The notes beneath the pieces are model-generated. The model was not told the DNA's origin, did no database searches, and saw nothing but the letters and a program-made list of their open reading frames with translations. A program made the translations under genes and the position numbers. Below are positions 29,144 to 40,484 of a stretch of DNA of 64,000 nt, piece after piece. Each line of letters opens with the position of its first letter. Positions within the stretch are counted from its first letter, which is position 1. This DNA comes from an uncultured archaeon (GTDB lineage Archaea > Asgardarchaeota > Lokiarchaeia > Sigyniarchaeales > SOKP01), in contig CAZWEM010000006.1 of the NCBI GenBank assembly GCA_964632315.1, forward strand, positions 1 to 64,000, in the 5' to 3' direction.

Positions 29144-29692
29144 ATGATAAATCCAACAGAAGTAAATTTCAAAATCGTCATTATGGGCATGGAGAATGCA
29201 GGAAAAACGACAATTTTGAACATAATTCAAAAAGCGGTTAATGTACCTCCTAAATATCCCCCTCAAATGGAACCTACGAAAGGCGTGAAAAGAGAGGTTT
29301 TTACACTTTTTAATAAAAATGTTGCGATATGGGATTTTGGTGGACAAGAAGCATATCGCAATGAGTATCTAGCTAACCCAGACAAATATTTTCAAGCAAT
29401 TTCATTATTTTATTACGTTATTGATATCCAAGACCCTTATCGGATATTTCTTTCAATTATGTATTTTACAGGAATATTTACTTTAATAAAAAATCACAGT
29501 CCGTCAGCTAAAATTATTTTACTATTTCATAAGATGGATCCTAATTTTGATTCTCTTCAGAAAAATCTTAAAAAGATTTTTTTAAAACGAATTGAACCAA
29601 CAATAAGTAGTTGTGGAATAAAATTACAAATTTATGATACTACAATTTTTAAACTTGATAGCATCAGAGCTCCCTTTTTGGAGCAACTTTAA
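29144..29692 (+). CDS. Stand-alone Arf/Rag-like small GTPase
   Basis: GMENAGKT, EPTKG, WDFGGQ, HKMD. Confidence 0.9.
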   Translation: MINPTEVNFKIVIMGMENAGKTTILNIIQKAVNVPPKYPPQMEPTKGVKREVFTLFNKNVAIWDFGGQEAYRNEYLANPDKYFQAISLFYYVIDIQDPYRIFLSIMYFTGIFTLIKNHSPSAKIILLFHKMDPNFDSLQKNLKKIFLKRIEPTISSCGIKLQIYDTTIFKLDSIRAPFLEQL

Positions 29693-29728
29693 ATATAAAT
29701 TAATGCTTAAATTGCCCAACTTACCAGT

Positions 29729-29989
29729 TTAAAGGGTACAAAAAAGATTGGGATGGTTCTTCTCAATTTTATTCAGGGTGGATACTAATTCAAGAAGAAG
29801 TTCTTCATCACGATACTCATTTATCATTTTTGAAAGAAAATCTAAAATTTCATTAGCTAATTTAACATCTTGTTGTAATAAAAATGAAGCTGTCGGTAAA
29901 AATAATTCATCGAACTCCTCCTCAAACCATTTCAAATTTACTTTAAATTCATACTTGTTTATATCAAATTCATCCAAATATTGAATCAT
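29729..29989 (-). CDS. Small acidic hypothetical protein
   Basis: 86 aa helical ORF with ATG start. Confidence 0.55.
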   Translation of the reverse strand: MIQYLDEFDINKYEFKVNLKWFEEEFDELFLPTASFLLQQDVKLANEILDFLSKMINEYRDEELLLELVSTLNKIEKNHPNLFCTL

Positions 29990-30182
29990 AATATCTTATC
30001 ACTCTTGGATTTCTTTGTTTGAGAAGAATTATCTCGGTTAATTAATGTTGCAATATCACTTAATCCCTAAGTAGTTTAAGAGCGTGTAGATTTTTTGGAG
30101 TATTGGATCAATATTGGACTAATCAAATTGAATTTTTCAAAAGAAGTCAAAAAATATGATTTAGAATAGCGAAATTTTAGTT

Positions 30183-30800
30183 TTAGGAATGTTCCGAAAG
30201 GAATTTATTTGCTTTCTTTACTGTACTTGGACTACTTGATTGTAATTGTTTTTTCACAAATTCGATTATCTTATCTTTATCCTCAATATCTTCACAAAAT
30301 TCACCAAAACTTTCAATAATATCTCCCTTAATCAAATCTTTACGACTTTGAGAATGTTGCGATTCATCGATGTGCAATAAGATTTCCGTGATTTTAGACT
30401 TGAGTTTGGGCTTAGCTTTAGTAATCATGCCACATCGAATTGCTAAATATCTGGAGACCATTACACTCGCATCATCAAGATGCGTGAAAAATTCGTCGAA
30501 AAGTTTATCAAATTTATTTTGATCATCTATACTGATTAGATTTGTGATCGTAGTTATTGCAATTCCCCGATGGAAAGCATTTTTACTTTTAAGTAAATCT
30601 GTAAAATAATTCCACTTAGGATAGAGCAATGAAGGATGCTCCTTGCTAATTCTCTCTACAGCTATTGCATTGGGATACCGTATTGACTCATCCTTAGATA
30701 TAATTGCGTCTAACAATTCTGAAATACTTGTTTTTTTGGATACTATCTTATTCACGATAGTTTCTGCTTGAATTTCAGCATCTTTTTTTGTTATTGGCAT
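30183..30800 (-). CDS. HEAT/ARM-repeat-like hypothetical protein
   Basis: Repeated amphipathic helix pairs (SKDESIRY, SKNAFHR, DASVMVSR). Confidence 0.65.
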   Translation of the reverse strand: MPITKKDAEIQAETIVNKIVSKKTSISELLDAIISKDESIRYPNAIAVERISKEHPSLLYPKWNYFTDLLKSKNAFHRGIAITTITNLISIDDQNKFDKLFDEFFTHLDDASVMVSRYLAIRCGMITKAKPKLKSKITEILLHIDESQHSQSRKDLIKGDIIESFGEFCEDIEDKDKIIEFVKKQLQSSSPSTVKKANKFLSEHS

Positions 30801-30901
30801 TAATAATTAAGTTTAAAATACTATAAAAAAGATTAGATAGTGTTGATTTTATCTATGTCTCAATATGTATATAATTTGTAAAGACCAGAGGTTAAAAGTA
30901 G

Positions 30902-31588
30902 ATGTCTATTATACCTTATGAATCACGGTATAAAGCAGGAGAGATTTTAGCAGATTATCTTCAAGAAAACTATTCCATAGAACTAGATAACTCGAATAGT
31001 ATAGTTTTCACAATTCCTAATGGAGGTGTTCCTGTGGCAGAAGGATTTTGCAACACTCTTAATATAAACTACTTCCTCATAATCGTAAGAAAGATTAAAA
31101 TTCCATATAATCCTGAAGCCGGTTTTGGTTCTATTACAACAGATGGTACGATTTTACTTAATAAACAGTTATTATCAAGCATTAGACTCGATTCTAAGGC
31201 AATAGAAAAGTCAATAGAAATCACTAAAACTGAAATTCGAGAACGAATGGATTTTTATAGTGTTACACAAAATATAGATAAGTTGTACAATATTAATGTC
31301 CCGGGCAAAATCGTGTGCATGATGGATGATGGTCTAGCCTCCGGTTATACAATGCGAGCAGGAATCAAAATGATTCAAAAATACCGGCCTAAGAATGTAT
31401 TCATCATAGTACCAACGGCTCCATTTCATACTGTCGAAAGTATTAAAGAAAATGTTGATGAAGTAATTTGTCCTAATGTTAGAAAAACTAATTGGTTTGC
31501 CGTAGCTGATGCATATAAACATTGGTATGATCTTCAAGACTCCGAAGTATTAAATATTATTAAAAAATCAAAACATTACTTAGGATAA
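30902..31588 (+). CDS. Phosphoribosyltransferase-family protein
   Basis: GGVPVA, VRKI..P.NPE, DDGLASGYTM PRPP-binding loop, FAVA..Y. Confidence 0.9.
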   Translation: MSIIPYESRYKAGEILADYLQENYSIELDNSNSIVFTIPNGGVPVAEGFCNTLNINYFLIIVRKIKIPYNPEAGFGSITTDGTILLNKQLLSSIRLDSKAIEKSIEITKTEIRERMDFYSVTQNIDKLYNINVPGKIVCMMDDGLASGYTMRAGIKMIQKYRPKNVFIIVPTAPFHTVESIKENVDEVICPNVRKTNWFAVADAYKHWYDLQDSEVLNIIKKSKHYLG

Positions 31589-31736
31589 CCATTAAAAAGT
31601 ATTCAAGTACGATTTAGATGAATTAGAACTTAATAATCCTGATAAAGTAAAAGTAGATTGAGATAAGTAGATTTCTAATAGAATTAGATGTAAATTGGGT
31701 ACTTGAAAATTAAAAAAAAAAATTAGATTTCTTAAT

Positions 31737-33962
31737 TCATTTTTTTTTTCGTTTATGTAATATTAACCCACTAGTTGTAAGAGCTAACACACCAAGAATG
31801 ATAAAAAGTTCATATCCAGGAATGAATGGTGTTGGTGCTTCATTAGGAAGTAATCCCGCCTGATCAAACATAAATGTTAATTCATTAGTCCAAAGTTCAA
31901 AATTATCTTTAAAGCCATTGAAATTGTTATCTCCACTCAATTCATCAATAATGAAACCATTGTAGAGTGTTCTTTTATCGTTTCTTAAAACTATCACCGC
32001 ATTATCAATTGTTTCTGATGCAGTATATCCAGCCAAAGCAGTAGCATTATCATGAACTGTCAATAAATCTCCATCATCAGAATAAAATGTAAATGGTTGG
32101 AAAAGAGTTACATTGTAATCATAAGGTTTGTTAAATATAGAGTTTGCATCATCCCAGACATAAAATGGATCGTTATTAGGGAAATTTGACGCATAAGAAA
32201 ATCCTAAAGTAGCCCAGAGGGGATGAGTCGAGTATGAATCAACAAGATAAGAAGTCATCAATAAATATCCACCAGCATCTACAAATTCTTTCACATTATC
32301 GAACACCGATCCCACAAAAGCGTAATTCACAAGATCAATTACAAGTAATTCCCAGGATCCCGTATTTAGTGAATAATTCAGAAAATCGTCCGTAAATGTT
32401 AAGTAAAATTCCATTTTCAGTGAGTTTAGAGCCTTGCATAGAGGAGATACATAATAATTAGCACTATAAACCTCATCAGTATATATCAACACATCAGCAT
32501 CCCAAGATGTCAACCAATTCACTATATTAATAGCGAATTGCTTGTTATCCGTCGTTGCAATGTTTCCATTGTCACACCAATTCATATCACCAACCATAAT
32601 TATTCGACCAGAACCTGCTTTTTGACCAGCAATAATTACATCAGCTCCATAGTTCCATATTGCGTAAGCGTCACCTGAAACATTTATGGCTCCCATTGCA
32701 TTGATAGTGACAGTTGTACAACCTTCTATAGTGGGATGGTTTGTTGAAGTCAATGCATTGGTTCCTCCAAAACCAACTGTATCATTCAATTGCAGATCGA
32801 AAGAATCTAAAAGCTCATTAATTCTATTATTGGTCACAATAAAACTCGACAATAGAGGACTATCTCCAAACACTAATACACTTCCCCCATTATTAATCCA
32901 ATTTGTTATCGCAACTGAATCACTCGAAGTGTAACCACTATCAGGACTCACCAAGATAAGTAGATCATAAGGATTAAGCCGGGAAGCACTGAAATTGGCT
33001 ATGGAAGAGGGATATAATTTATCGAAAGTATATCCTCTACTAACTAATTCATCTCGAAAAGTATTGTAATAGCCGGGATATTGCGTTAAATCATCCCAAT
33101 CATCAACCCCTAATCTGGGATGGTGACTTAAATCATAAACAATTCTAGCTTTAGGTTGAGGACATAACCATTCTACAGCATTTATAATTATACTATCGGC
33201 ATCTAATTCATCAATTGTGAGAATATGTACCACTTTTCCTCCCCTCGTAGACGAATCATAACCTAATAGAGTTACTGCGTTTAAATCTCCAGGTTTGTTT
33301 GCTAATCGATACAAATCACTAGCAATACTTGTCCCCATTAATGCAGACCAATCAAATGTTGACCAAGAATAGGTGGATCCAAAATTAAATGTGTCACCAA
33401 CACTGTAACCCCTTGTGACAGGATGAAGAAGGCTGACATTAGCAGAAGACTGTCCTTGATTATTCCAGTATGTGTAGTATCCATCATCACTTTCTGATTC
33501 TGGAGGTAATATTCCAGACCAACATAAATAGGCAGCAACGCTGTCAAATGTTAAAAGTCCCCCACCAGAAAGCCAAAATTCTTTCACTTGATCAGTTATA
33601 TTTTCTTTAGGTAAGTTATCTACCATTATAAAAACGTCATAATTAACAGTTAGTAATTCATGATTATAGATTTCTTCTGTGGTAATATTAGTTACCTCAA
33701 ATCCAGCATCACTTAGAATAGTTTCAATAAGTGTAAAATTGTTGGTCAAAACTCCAACACTAGTATATGATGGTCTTGTAATGTTAGCATCTTCCTAAAT
33801 CGCTACTCTAATATCTGAAGGATTGTATTGTGCTGAGTTTAAACTGGATGATTCTATAGATGTATAAGCGTTCACGTTCATTGATATAGATAGTGTACTA
33901 GCGAAAAAGATAAAACTTAGGGTAAATGAAAAGATTAGTTTCTTAATTAGATTTCGTTGCAT
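31737..33962 (-). pseudogene. Cell-surface protein with repeated class I GATase-like (DUF4350-like) domains and IPGY-TM-basic sorting signal, interrupted by an in-frame TAG
   Basis: ATG 33962 gives a signal peptide in frame with the 670 aa ORF. Single TAG at 33795-33797. C-terminus is FIPGYELFII...HKRKKK. Confidence 0.65.
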
Positions 33963-34065
33963 TTCTTTCACAATTTTTAGGTAAAATTAAGGATCATCTC
34001 TTGTAAAACCTATTTAATTTTATCGTGAAAAAAATGTCAAAAAGAAGCCTTAATCGACTACATTA

Positions 34066-34257
34066 TTAACTTTTAAGCTTTTCAAAGCATTCTTTACAGA
34101 AAAATATTAACCGTCCCTTGGAGGTGTCTTTAACCATGTATCCATCTACTTGTTTGGTTTCACAATTCCAGCACATTTTTGGAAAATGACCCCCAACTTG
34201 GTGAGATCCCTTTATATCAAACTGATCATCCTTTATTATCTCTTGGTAACTTTTCAA
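34066..34257 (-). CDS. Small zinc-finger protein
   Basis: CWNC...CKEC; GGTGA SD-like sequence before the TTG start. Confidence 0.65.
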   Translation of the reverse strand: MKSYQEIIKDDQFDIKGSHQVGGHFPKMCWNCETKQVDGYMVKDTSKGRLIFFCKECFEKLKS

Positions 34258-34471
34258 TTTTCACCATCCCATATTAGTTTTTTGGATAATTATTCATTTA
34301 ATGTGTTACTTATGATTTTAGAATATTTAAGGATTGTGAATATTTATTCAAAATAAGGTTCTTAACCTCCTTATGGTGCTTCCACTTATAAAATTAAGTT
34401 TTTATAATGTAAAGGTTTATAAGGCGTAATGAAAACATATATCATGTTCAAAAGATAAACAACTCAAAAAT

Positions 34472-34582
34472 GATTCCTGCCCTACCCTGGATTTTTGTCT
34501 TTTGGTAGTGCATGAAAAGTGCACTCTTATTAACTACTCCTATAATTTTATAGGTTCTTTATTGAACCACGGGGCGGGAATC
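34472..34582 (+). ncRNA. Putative structured RNA element of unknown class
   Basis: 12-bp closing stem 34472-83/34571-82 with two G-U pairs, internal hairpins, TATA-like TTTATAA at 34416. Confidence 0.35.
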
Positions 34583-34967
34583 TCCTATTAACCTAACTGT
34601 ATTTTTATAAAAATTAAATTAAACTTTACCTATTTAAGAACTGAACTCCGATGATCCAATAACAATTTCATTCATGGCGTAAAGAAGAAATAATTAATAA
34701 TTATTTAGAGATTTGTTACTGTGATTTTCTTAGGAATAAATTATTTAAACTAAAACTAAAATTAATAGGAAGAAGTTATAAGGAGTAAAGAAGGTTTAAG
34801 CAAGTTCTAGAAATTTACTTACACCATGAAATCGTAGAGAATGCTGAATTTACCCCATTTAAACTGCTTACTTGGATATTAAAAGATTACGATTAATTTA
34901 TAAGAGAGAATGAAATTGATCTTTTAATTTCCTTCAAATGTTTTAGTTATTATGTTTATTGGGCAAT

Positions 34968-35168
34968 TTAATTACTCAAAACTTTCATTATTTCTTCTAG
35001 CTCCTCATCAGATAATATTTCAGCGTCATCAAATTCATTAAGCCTTTTTTTATAGAACGTAAGTGTACATTGAGGGCAGTAAATATACTCATTTAGCTCC
35101 CAAACTTTAAAAGTTTTACAGCGAGGACAATGATAATGGATGATTTTATTGCACTTCTGATCTTTCAT
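34968..35168 (-). CDS. Small zinc-ribbon protein
   Basis: CPRC...CPQC followed by an acidic helix. Confidence 0.7.
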   Translation of the reverse strand: MKDQKCNKIIHYHCPRCKTFKVWELNEYIYCPQCTLTFYKKRLNEFDDAEILSDEELEEIMKVLSN

Positions 35169-35267
35169 TGGTCAAATCTAAAAAGCATATGGTTCTATTA
35201 ATAGAGGTGAGTTTTGAATTAATATTAGATTAAATTAAAAATTAGCCGAATTATATTGGATGAAATA

Positions 35268-35579
35268 TTAGATTAAAAGCCCATTTGGATTTACTTGGTG
35301 GATATAAGTATCGTGCAAAAGTTCAAAAAATTTAAAATAATTAAAAATCCTATACATTTTTGGCGATTTGGAATTAATTCGTTTTAAAACGCCTATTTCA
35401 TCCAAGGTATCCAAGTTTCTCCAATAAAAAGCAATTTTAGAATGATCTGTAGAATTGATTTCATAGAAATCTCTAATTCTCTTGATAGATATGATCGCGT
35501 TGTAATTATTCTTTGTAATACATGCGATAGCATGTATCGTTTCTTCCATGTATTTTCTATAAAAGTTCATAAATTGCAA
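35268..35579 (-). CDS. Hypothetical protein, possibly winged-helix
   Basis: Helix-turn-helix-like segment followed by L..IGVLKRI...PKMYRI; start uncertain. Confidence 0.5.
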   Translation of the reverse strand: MQFMNFYRKYMEETIHAIACITKNNYNAIISIKRIRDFYEINSTDHSKIAFYWRNLDTLDEIGVLKRINSKSPKMYRIFNYFKFFELLHDTYIHQVNPNGLLI

Positions 35580-35695
35580 TATGATTAAGACAAATGGTTT
35601 TTTAATTCTTTGGATTAGAATTTGATAACTAATGAAGAATTAATAAGACAAGATCACTTAACCTTTATAATTAATTATTTTTCCATGTTAATGTT

Positions 35696-35899
35696 ATGGC
35701 CAAAGAAGAGAAGAAAGAAAAGTCGAAAGCTGAAGAAATAGCTGAAATTATGATTGCTAACATGATAGCTAACATGAAGAATCCTAATTTTATTGAAGAA
35801 AGGGAGCAAATCTTGCAAGAAGCTGCTAAAAAGGCTAACGCTGAACTGCGAAATAGTGAAGATGAGACTGAAGTTTCTAAAGAAAACGAGAATTCATGA
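35696..35899 (+). CDS. Small charged helical hypothetical protein
   Basis: 67 aa E/K-rich ORF; TTTATAA about 30 nt upstream suggests a leaderless transcript. Confidence 0.6.
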   Translation: MAKEEKKEKSKAEEIAEIMIANMIANMKNPNFIEEREQILQEAAKKANAELRNSEDETEVSKENENS

Positions 35900-35928
35900 T
35901 ATTTCTATTTTTTATCGGGTGAAGATAA

Positions 35929-36438
35929 ATGGATGATGACCTAAAGGAGTATTTGCAAAAGAATGAAATAAAGTATACTCTCCATAAACATCCCCCAGTA
36001 TTTACCGTTCCTGAAGCTATGATCCATTGTGGTTCAATTCCTGGAACTCATTGTAAAAATCTTTTCCTCAAGAATAAAAAGACGAGTCAATTTTATCTTG
36101 TTACTATACCCTATGACAAGAGATTGGATTTAAATCGATTTCGAAAGATAATTGGAGCTTCAAAAATACGATTTGGGGAGGAGGGGGATCTTTTAGGGAT
36201 TTTAGGAATAACTCCTGGATCAGTTTCGCCTATAGGTCTTGTGAATGACAAGGAAAACAAAACCGTTTTCATCATTGATGAACATATTTGGCAAGCAGAA
36301 GAAATATGTTGTCATCCAAATATTAATACCGAAACTCTTCAAATTCCTGGAAATGATTTTCGAAAACTAATGAACTCAACAGGGAATAAAATTGAAATAA
36401 GAAACCTTCCTTACTTAGAATCATCTAATGAGGAGTAA
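35929..36438 (+). CDS. YbaK/ProX (PrdX-like) aminoacyl-tRNA deacylase
   Basis: HPPVFTV, CKNLFLK, LGITPGSVSP, HPxxNT. Confidence 0.92.
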   Translation: MDDDLKEYLQKNEIKYTLHKHPPVFTVPEAMIHCGSIPGTHCKNLFLKNKKTSQFYLVTIPYDKRLDLNRFRKIIGASKIRFGEEGDLLGILGITPGSVSPIGLVNDKENKTVFIIDEHIWQAEEICCHPNINTETLQIPGNDFRKLMNSTGNKIEIRNLPYLESSNEE

Positions 36439-36447
36439 TTAGTTTAC

Positions 36448-38106
36448 ATGAATTCCAAATTTGATTTTTTCAAAAAAGAAAGATATTTAAAGATATTCAG
36501 TAGTTTAGGAATAGGGTTTAATATTTATGCATTCATATTCATAATCTCATATTATTTCTCAACGGCTTTAAGGATCTCTTTTGATGGATTTTTTACATTT
36601 CTTTTTTTAACTAGTTGGATTTATAATATATTTATCACGTTCTTTATCGGGGTTAATTCTGATAGATATTACATTTGGAAATTAAGCGAGATTTATCTCA
36701 TTCTTACCATTTTCTCTCCTTTATTTATGCTCTTAGGTAATTTTCTCATTTCTACATCATATTTTACTCTTGAAATTTCATTGTTTTCCATTTTAAGTAA
36801 TTTTGGTTTGTTTTCACTCACAATTTGTGGATTACTAACAAATAACTTCTTAATGCTTTCAGTTTTTAGATTTAAAGAGTTAAAAGTAAGAAAAATTGAG
36901 TCTAAAAGGAGGTCTAAAAGAAGGAGTATCACATGTAAAGTCTTTTTAGTCATAGGATTCTTATATGCGATCTCATTGATTGGTGGTAGTTCAAATTACG
37001 CTGCCGCAATTTTGGCCGTAGCAAGTCAAGTTTCTTTAGGATTATTTTTTACTTTTACGTGTATTTTACTTCTATTGATTAAAACAAAACCAGGTAAAAT
37101 AAATATAATAATTTTTTCAGGAATCGGTATTTTCATAATCTCCACTTGTTTATTACCAGTGATGTCAATAAATCCATACCTCACTCGGGCAGAAACAGAA
37201 TTTAGCAATGCTTTTGGCTCCAATTGGGAGGAAAAAGTTGATGATATCAGAGCATTCTTATTAGAAAAACCTTATTCGTATTCTAAGTACTTTCTGGGAG
37301 AATTTCCCAGAAATTGTAAGATAATAAAAGATGTTTTGTATTATGATGGAGAAGGAATCAAATTATTCTTTGATGCATATTTACCTCCTTCAGATAATCT
37401 TCCTGGCAATAATTCAGTCTTGATTACTATTCATGGTGGAGGATGGAGTTCATCTGATAAGGGTTTTACTAATAAAATTCAAAACAATAAATATTTCGCC
37501 TCACTCGGGTATGTTGTCTTTGATATCCAGTATGGGTTAATTAATTCATTCTCGTTTGGATTGATCACTCCAGATCAAGTTAAAGGAAACTTTACGATTG
37601 ATGATATGGTAAGACAAATTGGAATTTTTACACGTTATTTAGAAAATCATTCTTTAGAATATCATGCAAATCTCGATTCAGTTTTTATGACTGGTGCTTC
37701 ATCGGGAGGACAACTCGCCTGTGCGGTTGCATTTGCATATAAACATCCTACATATCGTTCATTATTCAGCCAAGCAATCAAAATTAAAGGAATTATTCCT
37801 CTCTTTCCAGCGAATGGTATTGCTACCTCCGTTTTAAACATACCCGGATCAATAGATTTGGTTCAACCAGACCTTTTAATTAATGAATCAAGTCCTCCTT
37901 GTCTTGTATTTCACGGAAGTAGTGATGGTATCGTAAATCCCAGAATTTCTATTTCATTAAAAAGTAGTTATTTTCTTCACAATAATACAAAAATAGCTCG
38001 AATACTATTACCATTCGCGGGTCATGTTTTCGATTATTATTTTCCGGGAATTTACAATCAAGTATGTTTATATTACATAGAACGATTTCTTTATTTTTTC
38101 CAGTAA
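36448..38106 (+). CDS. Multi-TM membrane alpha/beta hydrolase (esterase/lipase)
   Basis: About 7 N-terminal TMs; HGGGW, GASSGG nucleophile, HGxxDxIV, AGH. Confidence 0.88.
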   Translation: MNSKFDFFKKERYLKIFSSLGIGFNIYAFIFIISYYFSTALRISFDGFFTFLFLTSWIYNIFITFFIGVNSDRYYIWKLSEIYLILTIFSPLFMLLGNFLISTSYFTLEISLFSILSNFGLFSLTICGLLTNNFLMLSVFRFKELKVRKIESKRRSKRRSITCKVFLVIGFLYAISLIGGSSNYAAAILAVASQVSLGLFFTFTCILLLLIKTKPGKINIIIFSGIGIFIISTCLLPVMSINPYLTRAETEFSNAFGSNWEEKVDDIRAFLLEKPYSYSKYFLGEFPRNCKIIKDVLYYDGEGIKLFFDAYLPPSDNLPGNNSVLITIHGGGWSSSDKGFTNKIQNNKYFASLGYVVFDIQYGLINSFSFGLITPDQVKGNFTIDDMVRQIGIFTRYLENHSLEYHANLDSVFMTGASSGGQLACAVAFAYKHPTYRSLFSQAIKIKGIIPLFPANGIATSVLNIPGSIDLVQPDLLINESSPPCLVFHGSSDGIVNPRISISLKSSYFLHNNTKIARILLPFAGHVFDYYFPGIYNQVCLYYIERFLYFFQ

Positions 38107-38127
38107 TAGCATAAAAAGAGGATAATA

Positions 38128-39534
38128 ATGATAGAAAAGTTTGACCAACTTCACAATATTATTGTAAAGTTGATGCGAAGGTTTAAAGTGCCGGGTTTAG
38201 CTATAAGTATTTCTAAAGAGGGGAAAATTCTTTATGAAAAAGGATTTGGGGCACGTGATCTTGAAAAAAATCTCCCGATGACCCCAGATACATTGATTGG
38301 AATTGGTAGTGTCTCAAAATCATTTACTGCATTTTTAATACTGAAATTACAACAAGAGGGGCTTATTGATATAAATGATCCTGTAAGTAAATTCCTTGAA
38401 ATTGAGCCTTTTTTGAGTCATCCAAGCATTAAGGTAAGCAATCTATTATCACATAGTACCGGTATTCCTTCAGTAGACGGTCAATGGCTTCCTATTGCAA
38501 TTAGTTATGGAAACTATGACCATATCTATCCTATTTCATCCAAGGATGATTTTCTGTATCATATTTTCCAAACTAAAGGAGAAATTTTTTTTAAGCCAGG
38601 TGAAAAATTGTTCTACAATAATGACATGTACACTTTACTCGGAATGATCATTGAAAAATTATCCAAGAAAGATTTTGGAAAGGTTATAAAAGAAAAATTA
38701 TTTGAACCATTAGAAATGCACCGAGCTACTGTTACTCGAGAAGAATTAGAAAGTGACTCATTACAGGATTACATGAAGGGATATATTCATAAACCTCAAA
38801 AAGAAAACTCTCAAACTGTAAATAAATTTGATACTCCTCCCTTACCATTTTCCAAATATCTTCAAGCTCCAGGAGGGATTTATGCATCAATGCATGAAAT
38901 GATAAATTATGGTGATTGTCTTCTCAATAAAGGAAATTATCAGGGGGAAGAACTTTTAAATGAAGAACTTTTTGAAATGCTTTGGACTCCTCGAATTGAC
39001 TCTCCTTATGGTTTTGGGAGCAATCCGAAATATTGTTTAGGATGGGTGCGGGAAGATGATTTTTTTGATGAAACCCTCATATTCCATGGTGGTGGTCTAG
39101 GAGTAAGTACTTCATATTTTGGGTTGATTCCCAAACGGCAAATTGTAGTGAGTGTTGCTGAAAATGATGATTCAGGGATTTGTCGCTTGATTGCAGAAAA
39201 TGCAATGGAACTGTTATTAGGGAAAAATCCAGAGAAAGTGAATAAAGAGCTTAAATTACTGAAGATTAGTGAAGAAGTTAGCGGTAATTATAAATCCTCG
39301 CTTGGATTATACGAATTAAATGTTTCCTTTAAAAACTTTAATTTGTACATTAAGGTGGAATCCGATGATGGTACTTTCAATTTTCCCTTGATCGCAAAAG
39401 ATTTGGACAATTTAGAATTTACTTTATTCTCGACCATACTGAATGAAAAACAAACAATCAAATTCTATAAGGAAAAGAATACTGGACATGTTGAATTTGT
39501 AACGTATGATAGGTATTTATATCATAAACTCTAA
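38128..39534 (+). CDS. Serine hydrolase, beta-lactamase class C/AmpC-like family
   Basis: SVSK, LLSHSTG, YNN, HGG. Confidence 0.92.
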   Translation: MIEKFDQLHNIIVKLMRRFKVPGLAISISKEGKILYEKGFGARDLEKNLPMTPDTLIGIGSVSKSFTAFLILKLQQEGLIDINDPVSKFLEIEPFLSHPSIKVSNLLSHSTGIPSVDGQWLPIAISYGNYDHIYPISSKDDFLYHIFQTKGEIFFKPGEKLFYNNDMYTLLGMIIEKLSKKDFGKVIKEKLFEPLEMHRATVTREELESDSLQDYMKGYIHKPQKENSQTVNKFDTPPLPFSKYLQAPGGIYASMHEMINYGDCLLNKGNYQGEELLNEELFEMLWTPRIDSPYGFGSNPKYCLGWVREDDFFDETLIFHGGGLGVSTSYFGLIPKRQIVVSVAENDDSGICRLIAENAMELLLGKNPEKVNKELKLLKISEEVSGNYKSSLGLYELNVSFKNFNLYIKVESDDGTFNFPLIAKDLDNLEFTLFSTILNEKQTIKFYKEKNTGHVEFVTYDRYLYHKL

Positions 39535-39553
39535 TTAAGATTGAATGAATGAT

Positions 39554-40417
39554 TTAGACTTTGGGAAAGAGGGGAGATAATTTCTCTTCACTTAGTGATG
39601 ATTTTATTTTTTCTAATTCAAGATCATTAAGTTTAACAAATTTATTTCCTGCATCAATTACTTTCAACCATAACTTAACATCACATGGTAAAGAGTATGT
39701 ACATACCCCATCTTGTGATAAAGTAAACAATACTGCTTGATCTATTAAAGCTTGTTCTGTCATCGGTTCATACCATGTATTGTAAAAAGGATCTGCTTTC
39801 CATCTTCCTTTTGAAATAGCCTTTATCGCGGTTACTCCAATATTTTTTTCTCTTGCTATCGTAAGAACAGGACGAAAATCATTTACTGGATGAAAATCTG
39901 CAGCAGAACCTAAATACACCGGGAGAAGAACTGTATCAAAAACATCTGAAACTTCTAACGCTCTTTTCAGGACTTGCATATCTTCATGTCCTGTGATACC
40001 AATATTTTTAATAATTCCTGACTCTTTTGCTTCTCTAAAAGCTTCCATTGCCCCACCTTTCCCTAAAATTTGATTCAATTCATCAAGGGTTGAAACTGAA
40101 TGAAATTGATAAAGATCAAAATTATCTGTTCCTAATCGTTCCAGAGATCTCTTAAGTTGTCTTTCTGCAGACTTTTTTGTTCGTTTAAGCGTCTTCTCAG
40201 CCAGAAAGAACTGATTTCTATAATTCTGTATCCACTTGCTTAATCTTGATTCTGCTTGACCATAAGTAGGGGCTACGTCAATCATATTTATTCCATTATC
40301 CATAGCAAGCTGGATTGCTTTATCAGCTTCTTCTTGCTCCACATATCCAACACCACACCCTCCTAACGTGAGTATTGAAACTTGCGCTCCTGTTTTACCA
40401 AAATTACGGTACTCCAT
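39554..40417 (-). CDS. Aldo/keto reductase
   Basis: GINxIDVAPTYG, SLERLGTDxFDLYQFH, IGITGH. Confidence 0.92.
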   Translation of the reverse strand: MEYRNFGKTGAQVSILTLGGCGVGYVEQEEADKAIQLAMDNGINMIDVAPTYGQAESRLSKWIQNYRNQFFLAEKTLKRTKKSAERQLKRSLERLGTDNFDLYQFHSVSTLDELNQILGKGGAMEAFREAKESGIIKNIGITGHEDMQVLKRALEVSDVFDTVLLPVYLGSAADFHPVNDFRPVLTIAREKNIGVTAIKAISKGRWKADPFYNTWYEPMTEQALIDQAVLFTLSQDGVCTYSLPCDVKLWLKVIDAGNKFVKLNDLELEKIKSSLSEEKLSPLFPKV

Positions 40418-40484
40418 TGATTCACCATTTAAAGAATAATTGATAAAAAAGAATTTTTCTCATTAGATCATCCGCATCTGGAAA

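Noticed and set aside
34472-34582. tRNA or attachment-site remnant
   Set aside because: No D-loop GG, T-loop consensus or 7-bp acceptor geometry on either strand, and no integrase nearby.
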